Shown here piece by piece: positions 39,016 through 48,183 of a DNA stretch of 64,000 bases. The notes beneath the pieces were generated by a model, which searched no databases, was not told where the DNA came from, and saw only the letters and a program-made list of their open reading frames with translations. Source of the DNA: Heterodontus francisci (lineage: Eukaryota); NCBI RefSeq assembly GCF_036365525.1, contig NC_090378.1, positions 118,343,593 through 118,407,592 of the forward strand, read 5' to 3'. Position 1 is the stretch's first letter. Every line of letters begins with the position of its first letter. The translations under genes were made by a program, and so were the position numbers.

Positions 39016-39502
39016 CTGATATATATCGATGATTTGGTCTTGGACAGAGGGAGCACGATCATTGGAATGTGCTGATTACACAGAAGGAGAGGTTTGACAA
39101 ACAGGGAGGAGAAGAGACAAAGACTCGGGGAGAGGGATCAGGGAAGGGACAGATCGGAGACTGACACAATTCAATGCCGAGGGGTTTGAGATGATGGGTT
39201 TTGGAAGGAAAACGAGTGAAAAGCTGATGAAGGATGTGTAGAAGCAGAGAGATCTCGGGTTCAATTACATCATTCCTTGAAAGTGGAAATGCAGATCGAT
39301 AAACCCTTGAATTAAAACAATCAACAGCGTTTGGAAACTAAAAACTACAGATAGTAGAAATCTGAAATCAAAACCGAGAATTCACTAAACATTCAGCAGC
39401 CTCTCGGGATTAAACTTCAGGTTTTTATTCAAATTGTATTCAATAAACATGTGAATCTGAGGAGAATACAGGACTATGGGGATAGAGCAGGGTAGTGGGA
39501 TT

Positions 39503-40310
39503 GGGAATATAGGAACAGGAGGAGGCTGTTCAGCCCATCGAGCCTGTTCTATCCTCCAGTTTGATCATCTGATCTGTATCTGATCTCCATCTCCCTGCCT
39601 TGGTTGCATAACCCACAATACCCCGACCCAACAAAATCTATCAAGCTCATTGTTAAATATTTAAATTGATCTTCAGCCTCAACAGCTTTATGAGGGAGAG
39701 AGTTCCCGATTTCCACTCGCCTTTATGTGAAGAAATGCCTCCTGACATCACCCCGAGCTCTAATATTAAGATTATGTCCCCTTGTTCTCGACTCCCCCAC
39801 CAGTGGAAACAGTTTCTCTCCATCTCTCCGAATCATCTTAATCCTTTATTCATCTTAAATACCTCAATGAGATCATCCCTAAATTCTCTAAACTCAAGGG
39901 AATACAAGCCTAGTCTATACAGTCTGTCCTGATAATTTAACCCTTTCAGTCCCGGTATCATTCTGGTGAATCTGTGCTGCACCCCCTCCAAGGCCAATCT
40001 CTTCTTCCTGAGGTGCGGGGCCCAGAACTGAACACAGTTACTCCAGATGCAGTCAAACCAGAGCTGAATACAACTGGAGTAAAACCCCTTTGTATTCCAG
40101 TCCCCTTGATAGAAAGACCAACATTCCATTCGCCTTATTCAATATGTTTTATACCTGTCACTAGATTTTAATGCTTTCTGTACTTGGACCCCTAAATCTC
40201 TCTGTTCCTCCACAGTTGCCAGCTTCTCACCATTTAGAAATTACTCTGATTTATCTTTCTCAGGTCCAAACTGGATGACCTCACACTGTCCACATTGAAC
40301 TCCATCTGCC
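39503..40310 (-). mobile_element. CR1 LINE 3' fragment
   Basis: CVQFWAPHLRK...LEGVQHRFTRMIPGLKGLNYQDRL...GLYSLE and WQMEFNV, plus a CR1 3' tail near 39510-39550. Confidence 0.88.
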
Positions 40311-40735
40311 ATTGTCTTCGGTCCCCGTCACAAACTCCATTCCCGAGCCACTGATTCCATCCCTCTTCCAGGGACTGTCTGAGACTGAACCAGGCAGTTC
40401 ACAGCCATGGTGTTGTATTTGACCCTGAGATGTGTTACTGACCACATAAACCACATCATCATTAAAACCACCTATTTCCACCTCCGTAACCTCGCCCGAG
40501 TCCTCCCTGCCTCAGCTCATCTACTGCTGAAACCCTCATCCATGCCTTTGTTACCTCTAGACTTGACTATTCCAATGTTCTCCTGACCGCATCACAGTTA
40601 CCATCCTCTGTAAACTAGAGCTGATCCAAAACTCTGCTGCCCATGTCTGAACCCAGACCATGTCACATTCCCCCATCACTGTGATCACTGACCTACATTG
40701 GCTCCTGTTCCAGCAACACCTCAAATGTTGCCTCA
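40308..40735 (+). mobile_element. L2-clade LINE fragment lying between two CR1 pieces
   Basis: Encodes YFHLRNLAR...ETLIHAFVTSRLDYSNVLL...LELIQNSAA. Confidence 0.8.
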
Positions 40736-40741
40736 TCTTGG

Positions 40742-41180
40742 ATATTTGTGTCATCTGCAATCTTGGATAGATGTCTCTATTCCTTCATCCAAGTCATTGA
40801 TCAATATAGTGAAAAGCTGACACTCCAGCACAGATCCCTGGGGACACCACTATTCACATCTTGCTAACTGGAGTAAATACACATTATCCCTACTCTCTGT
40901 CTCCTACCTCCTAACCAATTCCTTACCCATGTCAAAACATTTCCTCACATTCCATATGCTTCCATTTTGCGAACAGTCTCTTGTGTGGAACCTTCTCAAA
41001 TGCCTTCTGGAAATCCATATAAATAACATCCATAGACATTCCCTTATCGACCACATTAGTGACCGCTTCAAAAAATACAACTCGGTTAGTTAAACATGTT
41101 TCACCCTTTTTAAATCCGTGCTGACTCTCTCTGATCAGTTTATATTTGTCAGTCATTCTGTCCCTAATAACAGATTCGAA
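40742..41180 (-). mobile_element. CR1 LINE RT fragment
   Basis: SQHGFKKG..CLTN...DVIYMDFQKAFEKVPH, GVPQGSVL and an ADDT remnant. Confidence 0.85.
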
Positions 41181-41333
41181 TAACTCGAGCAAACAGCTGG
41201 CAGAGAGACGAGTGGCTGAACGGCCTCCTCCTGTGCTGCAGAATTATACGGCTCTTTGGCTGAAACATGTGGATTGGAACAGGAGGTGTGCTGGAGTTTA
41301 AACAATGAGTTAAATGTGGTCGTAGTGTCATTA

Positions 41334-41692
41334 ATTTAGTTGAGTTTAGTTTTGAGATACAGCACTGAAACAGGCCCTTCGGCCCACTGAGTCTGTGCCG
41401 ACCATCAACCACCCATTTATACTAATCCTACACTTATCCCATATTCCTACCACATCCCCACCTCTCCCTATATTTCCCTACCACCTACCTCTACTAGTGG
41501 CAATTTATAATGGCCAATTTACCTACCAACCTGCAAGTCTTTTGGCTTGTGGGAGGAAACCGGAGCACCCGGAGAAAACCCACGCAGACACAGGGAGAAC
41601 TTGCAAACTCCACACAGGCAGTACCCGGAATTGAATCCGGGTCGTTGGAGCTGTGAGGCTGCGGTGCTCACCACTGCGCCACTGTGCCGCCC
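41334..41692 (-). mobile_element. tRNA-derived V-SINE (HE1-like, elasmobranch)
   Basis: 5' GGGCGGCACAGTGGCGCAGTGG (A box), GGATTCAATTCC (B box), V-domain TGTGTGGAGTTTGCAAGTTCTCCC...CTCCGGTTTCCTCCCACA, CR1-like 3' tail ending in (AAACT)n. Confidence 0.92.
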
Positions 41693-41797
41693 TGACTGGG
41701 ACATTATTCCCTGGAATTTAGAATAATGGGTAATGCACAGTCTACATTGTGTCCATGACCCTCTCTAAAAGATGTCTTTCTCTTTTTCCCTTTTCAG

Positions 41798-41888
41798 GTC
41801 CAGGGCTGTAATTAAGGAGCTGAAAGAATATTTAGTGAAGAAGTTTCCGGACTGTGCGGTGTGTGTGAAGGTGTTCGGCAGTGACTGA
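41798..41888 (+). CDS. Candidate terminal coding exon of an unidentified gene (SRAVIKELKEYLVKKFPDCAVCVKVFGSD*)
   Basis: Strong acceptor TCTTTCTCTTTTTCCCTTTTCAG, phase compatible with exon B, tandem TGA TGA, ATTAAA at 42131. Confidence 0.4.
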
Positions 41889-42186
41889 TGATTACAGCTC
41901 CTTGTTCAGTCTGCTCCGCCCTCACCACTGATCAAGCCATGTAACCTCCTGTCACACTGAGTGAAATTACAATCGATATCATAGTGTCAGTCCCAGAAAA
42001 CAACAGCATCGCAGTCTGAGTCACTGGGACAGACATCACTGCCTCACATCAAAGAACAGACCCCTAATCCCCTCTCACCATGTTCATAAACAATACAGTA
42101 GAGAAAATATACTGACAAACACCACCTGAGATTAAACACTCACATCCATAGAACACCATCAGAGGTAGAAGACGGGATACAGATTG

Positions 42187-42237
42187 AGAGAGAGATAGAT
42201 AGAGAGAGTGAGATGGAGAGAGAGAGAGAGAGAGAGA
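42187..42237. repeat. (GA)n microsatellite
   Basis: Interrupted GA dinucleotide run. Confidence 0.8.
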
Positions 42238-42251
42238 CTCTGTGTCAGCTC

Positions 42252-42715
42252 CTGTACATGGAAGAGTGAAGAAGTCTTATTGCAGTTGGATCGGACCTTG
42301 CTGAGACCACACCCGGAGAACTGTGGACAGTTTTGGTCTCTTTACCTCAGGAAGGATATACTGGCCTTGGAAGGAGTGCAGCAAAGATTCACCAGACTGA
42401 TTCCTGGGATGAGGGGATTGTCCTATGAGGAGAGATTGAATAGACTGGGACATTATTCCCTGGAATTTAGAATAAGAAGAGATGATCTCATTGAAACGTA
42501 TACAATTTGTAATGTGATTGACAGGATAGATACTGGGAGGATGTTTTCCCCTGGCTGGGGAATCTCGAACTAGGGGTCACAGTCTCAGAATAAGGGGTCG
42601 GCCATTTAGGACTGAGATAAGGAGAAAGTTCTTCACTCAAGGGGCTGTGAATCTTTGGAATTCTGTTTCCCAGAGAGCAGTGGATGCTCAGTCATTGAAG
42701 ACAGGAGTCTATAGA
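42252..42715 (+). mobile_element. CR1 LINE 3' fragment
   Basis: KSEEVLLQL..TLLRPH.E.C.QFWS.YLRKDILALEGVQQRFTRLIPGMRGLSYEERL...DLIETY...RGHSLRI. Confidence 0.9.
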
Positions 42716-42837
42716 TCCGGAGTGCGCCAGTTCCTGCCCAATTTCTAATACAATGGTGGAATTACACTCGAACCCTTGCTGCATGTAAAGTATCAGCCAT
42801 GGCTCAGTGTTTGGAGTCAAGATTATATTCATCAGTT

Positions 42838-43310
42838 TCCAGCCAGGGCTCCATTCATCCTGTGCAATCTCCAGCCAGGGCTCCGTTCATCCAGTGCAGT
42901 CTCCAGCCAGGGCTCCATTCATCCAGTGCAGTCTCCAGCCAGGGCTCCATCCATCCTGTGCAGTCTCCAGCCAGGGCTCCGTTCATCCAATGCAGTCTCC
43001 AGCCAGGGCTCCGTTCATCCAGTGCAGTCTCCAGTCAGGGCTCCATCCAACCTGTGCAGTCTCCAGCTAGGGCTCCATTCATCCAGTGCAGTCTCCAGCC
43101 AGGGCTCCATCCATCCAGTGCTGTCTCCAGCCAGGGCTCCGTTCATCCAGTGCCCTCTCCAGTCAGGGCTCCATTCATCCAGTGCCGTCTCCAGCCAGGG
43201 CTCCGTTCATCCAGTGCAGTCTTTAGCCAGGGCTCCATTCATCCAGTGCAGTCTCCAGCCAGGGCTCCATTCATCCAGTGCAGTCCCCAGCCAGGGCCCC
43301 ATTCATCCAT
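42838..43310. repeat. 32-bp minisatellite (~15 units)
   Basis: Unit CCAGCCAGGGCTCCATTCATCCAGTGCAGTCT. Confidence 0.93.
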
Positions 43311-43434
43311 CATATCAGTAAAAAGTACAAGGTGAAAACCATCTAACTGAAGTGGAGTCTGTCCTCAGGATGGGGGAGCAGGGAGCTGCATGGATTGGTG
43401 AAGGGACAACCTCTTTCCTCTCAGATAAACACCT

Positions 43435-44352
43435 CCCTGAGCTCCATCCCTTCCTCCGTCTGAGCTCCACCCCTCCCCCTATCTGAGCTCCATCCCTCCC
43501 TCTATCTGAGCTCCATCCCTCCCTCTATCTGATCTCCATCCCTCCCTCTATCTGAGCTCCATCCCTCCCTCTATCTGAGCTCCATCCCTCCCTCTATCTG
43601 ACCTCCAACCCTCCCTCTATCTGACCTCCAACCCTCCCTCTATCTGATCTCCATCCCTCCCTCCATCTGATCTCCATCCCTCCCTCCATCTGATCTCCAT
43701 CCCTCCCTCCATCTGATCTCCATCCCTCCCTCTGTCTGATCTCTATCCCTCCCTCTATCTGATCTCCATCCCTCCCTCCATCTGACCTCCATTCCTCACT
43801 CTATGTGATCTCCATCTCTCCCTCCATCTGACCTCCATCCCTCCCTCCATCTGACCTCTATCCCTCCCTCCATCTGACCTCCATCCCTCCCTCTATCTGA
43901 CCTCCATCCCTCCCTCCATCTGATCTCCATCCCTCCCACTATCTGATCTCCATCCCTCCCTCCATCTGACCTCCATTCCTCCCTCCATCTGACCTCCATC
44001 CCTCCCTCTATCTGACCTCCATCCCTCCCTCCATCTGATCTCCATCCCTCCCACTATCTGATCTCCATCCCTCCCTCTATCTGATCTCCATCCCTCCCTC
44101 CATCTGATCTCCATCCCTCCCTCCATCTGATCTCCATTCCTCCCTCCATCTGATCTCCATCTCTCCCTCGATCTGATCTCCATCCCTCCTTCTATCTGAC
44201 CTCCATCCCTCCCTCTATCTGATCTCCATCCCTCCCTCCATCTGATCTCCATCCCTCCCTCTATCTGATCTCCATCCCTCCCTCCATCTGATCTCCATCC
44301 CTCCCTCTATCTGATCTCCATCCCTCCCTCCATCTGTTCTCCATTCCTCCTT
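43435..44352. repeat. 23-bp pyrimidine-rich minisatellite (~40 units)
   Basis: Unit ATCTGATCTCCATCCCTCCCTC(T/C). Confidence 0.93.
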
Positions 44353-44813
44353 CTCTCTATTTCAGCTGCTGGGAGTCAGATCTGAGCTAGTTACAGTCAA
44401 TATCATTCAGAATAATGACTGCATATTTTAAATGTAAGTTTGATGAAGTAAATTTGAACAGCACCAAAAACATTACAAATGGTTTCTACATACAGCAAAG
44501 CAGAAACCAGAGCTTTCTGCCAATAAACACAGAATGGATGAAAGATACAATAAAAGAATTATGAAGATGATTATCAGAGATGTGTCATTATTATAGTTAA
44601 AAAGGTCTCCTTCTCAGTGAAGATATATCCTGCTGAGTAATATATACAGACAGGCTGTGCTAAAGTTGGACAATGTTGAGATGTAGATTTCATATTTTAA
44701 CAATAAGCAGAATTGAGTAAACAAGATGGGAACAAGATGATTAGAAATTGTTTACAGACACTGATGACAGTCTCTGTGTTCCTCAGGCGGTCCCAGTAAT
44801 GTTGTTCACAAAG

Positions 44814-45501
44814 CATGGGGGGAGTTTTATTCCCTCCCCCATGGCGGGTTTGGAGGTGGGAGAGACGATAATCGGGTGGGATGGTGACGGGGGAGAGACC
44901 ACCGCCAATTGAGGCTCTTTAGAGGGTAATTAATTCCCAATTACCTCATTGCACTGCCACCACAATTAGCCCAGCTGTGGGCGGGGCCTGTTGCCACACA
45001 GGGTGCATAACAAGAAAAACCGTGCGAGTTGCTTCCTGGCTCCATTTGGGGAGGGGAGTGTCCCTTGTTAAAAGACACTTAGTGCCTGAACGCAGAACCC
45101 AGTATCGGGAATGGGGGCCCGCTGAGAGTCAACCCCCCTTCCCTTGATGCTGACCCCCCTACACACCTCTCAAATATGACCCCCACCCCACGGGACCACT
45201 CCTGCCCTGACCTACCTGTGACCTGGTTCCTGCACCGCTCCGAGGCCTTGGGTTGGTTCTCCACTGCCAGCAGCCATTGCCTCCACTGTGGCGCTGCTCA
45301 GTTACTCTGATTGGCCGGCAGTTCTCAGAGGGCGGGACTTCAGTGGGGTCCTTGATCCCAGGAAAGGCCCACTGCTGTCCAGTTACGTGCCTAATTGGTA
45401 CTTTATTTGGTGAGCCTCCCACAGAAAAGGTAACGCGGGGTTCTTGGTGGGTCTTTTGCTGGAGTCGGGACCCTGTCACCTGGATAAACTCCTGTCCCAT
45501 G
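44814..45501. mobile_element. Putative non-autonomous DNA transposon (MITE-like)
   Basis: GC-rich block in AT-rich context with imperfect terminal inverted repeats: CATGGGGGGAGTTTTATTCC versus reverse complement of the right end CATGGGACAGGAGTTTATCC. Confidence 0.35.
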
Positions 45502-45669
45502 TTTTGCAGTCAGCCTGCTCTTCTTAAAGGCAGGCTGTCCCTTTTAAAGGAAATCTGAACTGAATAATATTAATGCAATTTAAATGGTTTCAAAGTGAAT
45601 GCTGGGATGATGGATGTGATGCTGGAGGCATTAGCGGTGAAGGTGGTTAGGAAGAGAGACATTATGGAT

Positions 45670-47574
45670 CCAGTGAAAAGGAAGGACTGGAAGAAAAGGG
45701 GTAATCTGCCATGGGTGTCTAAGGAAATAAGGGAGGCTATCAAATTGAAAAAGAAGGCATACAAAGTGGCCAAAAGCAGCATGAAACTAGAAGATTGGGA
45801 AAACTTTAAAGGTCAACAGAAAGCTACAAAAAGAGCTATAAAGAAAAGTAAGATAGGACATGAGAAAAAACTAGCACAGAATATAAAGACAGATAGCAAA
45901 AGTTTCTATAAATATATAAAACGAAAAAGAGTGGCTAAAGTAAACGTTGGTCCTTCAGAGGATGAGAAGGGGAATTTAGTTATGGGATATGATGAAATGG
46001 CTGAGGCATTGAACAGGTATTTTGTATCGGTCTTCACAGTGGAGGACATTAATAACAAGCCAGTAATTGACAAAGAGACGAACGTAGGTGAGGACCTGGG
46101 AACAATCATTATTACGGAAGAGGTAGTGTTGGGCAAGCTAATGGAGCTAAGGATCGATAAGTCTCCTGGCCCTGATGGAATGCATCCCAGGGTACTAAAA
46201 GAGATGGCGGGTGCACTGACGGTAATTTTCCAAAATTCGCTGAACTCTCGGGTAGTCCCAGTTGATTGGAAAACAGCAGATGTGACGCCACTGTTTAAAA
46301 AGGGAGGTAGACAAAAGATGGGGAATTATAGACCGGTTAGCTTAACCTCTGTAGTGGGGAAGATGCTTGAGTCTATTGTCAAGGAAGAAATAGCAGGGCA
46401 TCTCGATAGAAATTGTCCCGTTGGGCAGACACAGCATGGGTTCATGAAGAGCAGGTCATGCTTGACAAATCTTTTGGAATTCTATGATGACATTACGAGC
46501 AAGGTGGGCAATTGGGACCCAGTGGATGTGGTGTACCTAGATTTCCAAAAGGCCTTCGACAAGGTGCTGCACAAGAGGCTGCTGCATAAGATAAGGATGC
46601 ATGGCGTTAGGGGTAAAGTATTAGCATGGATAGAGGATTGGTTGACTAACAGGAAGCAGAGAGTGGGGATAAATGAGTGCTATTCTGGTTGGCAATCAGT
46701 CACTAGTGGTGTGCCTCAGGGATCGGTGTTGGGACCGCAATTATTTACAATTTATATGGGTGATTTGGAGTTGGGGACCACGTGTAGGGTGTCAAAGTTT
46801 GCAGATGACACTAAGATGAGTGGCAGAGCAAAGTGTGCAGATGACTGTGAAACTTTGCAGAGGAACATAGATACATTGAATGAGTGGGCAAAGGTCTGGC
46901 AGATGGAATACAATGTTAACAAATGTGAAGTCATTCATTTCAGTAGGAGTAACAGGAAAAAGCATTACTACTTGAATGGTAAAAAGTTGCAGCATGCTGC
47001 TATGCAGAGGGACCTAGGTGTCCTTGTGCATGAATCGCAGAAGGTTGGTCTGCAGGTACAGCAAGTAATTAGGAAGGCAAATGGAATTTTGTCCTTCATT
47101 GCTAAAGGGATTGAGTTTAAAAGCAGAGAGGTTATGTTGCAGCTGTATAAGGTACTGGTGAGGCCGCACCAGGAGTACTGTGTGCAGTTTTGGTCTCCTT
47201 ACTTGAGAAAGGGTATACTGGCACTGGAGAGGGTGCAGAGGAGGTTCACTAGGTTGATTCTGGAGTTGAGGGAGTTGGCTTATGAGGAGAGACTGAGTAG
47301 ATTGGGATTATATTCATTGGAATTCAGAAGAATGAGGGGGGATCTTATAGAAACATATAAAATCATGAAGGGAATAGATAAGATACAAGTAGAGAGGATG
47401 TTTCCACTGGCAGGTGAAGCTAGGACAAGAGGGCATAGCCTCAAGATTAGAGGGAGCAGATTTAGGACTGAATTAAGAAGGAACTTCTTCACCCAGAGGG
47501 TTGTTAATCTATGGAATTCCTTGCCCAGTGAAGTAGTTGACGCTTCTTCAGTAAACTTTTTAAAGCTAAGGTAG
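45670..47574 (+). CDS. Partial CR1 ORF2 (reverse transcriptase, no endonuclease), apparently frameshifted near the C-terminus
   Basis: More than 630 open codons. The natural C-terminus (FKAKVDIF..NKGIKGYG) continues in another frame after ~47557. Confidence 0.8.
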   Translation, partial: PVKRKDWKKRGNLPWVSKEIREAIKLKKKAYKVAKSSMKLEDWENFKGQQKATKRAIKKSKIGHEKKLAQNIKTDSKSFYKYIKRKRVAKVNVGPSEDEKGNLVMGYDEMAEALNRYFVSVFTVEDINNKPVIDKETNVGEDLGTIIITEEVVLGKLMELRIDKSPGPDGMHPRVLKEMAGALTVIFQNSLNSRVVPVDWKTADVTPLFKKGGRQKMGNYRPVSLTSVVGKMLESIVKEEIAGHLDRNCPVGQTQHGFMKSRSCLTNLLEFYDDITSKVGNWDPVDVVYLDFQKAFDKVLHKRLLHKIRMHGVRGKVLAWIEDWLTNRKQRVGINECYSGWQSVTSGVPQGSVLGPQLFTIYMGDLELGTTCRVSKFADDTKMSGRAKCADDCETLQRNIDTLNEWAKVWQMEYNVNKCEVIHFSRSNRKKHYYLNGKKLQHAAMQRDLGVLVHESQKVGLQVQQVIRKANGILSFIAKGIEFKSREVMLQLYKVLVRPHQEYCVQFWSPYLRKGILALERVQRRFTRLILELRELAYEERLSRLGLYSLEFRRMRGDLIETYKIMKGIDKIQVERMFPLAGEARTRGHSLKIRGSRFRTELRRNFFTQRVVNLWNSLPSEVVDASSVNFLKLR

Positions 47575-47738
47575 ATATCTTTTCGAACAATAAAGGAATT
47601 AAGGGATACGGTGGGAGCACGGGTAAGTGGATCTGAGTCCACGAAAAGATCAGCCATGATCTTATTGAATGGCGGAGCAGGCTTGAGGGGCCGGACGGCC
47701 TACTCCTGCTCCTAGTTCTTATGATCTTATGATCTTAT
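45672..47738 (+). mobile_element. 5'-truncated CR1 LINE with (TCTTATGA)3 tail and probable GATCC target-site duplication
   Basis: Tether and RT motifs (KSPGPDGMHPRVLKE, NYRPVSLTS, QHGF, LDFQKAFDKV, GVPQGSVLGP, FADD). GATCC at 45667-45671 and 47739-47743. Confidence 0.95.
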
Positions 47739-47953
47739 GATCCTCGGAGCGGGGGGAGGGTGCGGTGTTTGCGGGGTGGTCAGGAGGCATTGATGGGAGT
47801 GTGAGGATGAGATGGAGAATCTGACTCTGCGGAGTGAGTCCTGAGTGCCAGGGATTGGTACTGGGTGAGTGATCGGGGTGTGGTGTAATGACCAGCGGGA
47901 GATGTTGGTGCTGTGCTTGGTGAAAGATGTCCTGCGAAGATACATTCACTGAC

Positions 47954-48178
47954 CTTGACCACCCGTGTGAGGTCATTGAACTTCTTGCGACACTGCTGTC
48001 AGGTCCTCAGGTCCAGACTCCATGAACTGAACTCCCTGGTCACCACTCCCATTCTCTTCTCAGCGTTTTGCATTGAGGGCCTCCTGGCAATTTGTGCAAA
48101 CATTGATTCTCTCCTCCTTTGTACCTCCTGTATTAATGTCTCCAGTGTCACATCGGGAAACGTGAGAGCCCTCTCTCT
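47954..48178 (-). pseudogene. Decayed Myb/SANT-like DNA-binding exon of PIF/Harbinger type (NAIF1/MSANTD-like)
   Basis: Manual translation: RERALTFPDVTLETLIQEVQRRRESMFAQIARRPS...(TLRREWE in an alternate frame)...RT*QQCRKKFNDLTRVVK, then donor GTCAGT. TGA at 48001-47999 replaces the conserved Trp. Confidence 0.78.
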
Positions 48179-48183
48179 GCTCT

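Noticed and set aside
41680-41686. CACTGTG heptamer
   Set aside because: Part of the SINE tRNA-derived head, with no nonamer.
41620-41692. tRNA gene
   Set aside because: The A and B boxes belong to the V-SINE head and are followed by the V domain and LINE-derived tail.
36719-44252. ORFs over the 43-, 32- and 23-bp minisatellites
   Set aside because: Frame-cycling repeat translations with no domain signal.
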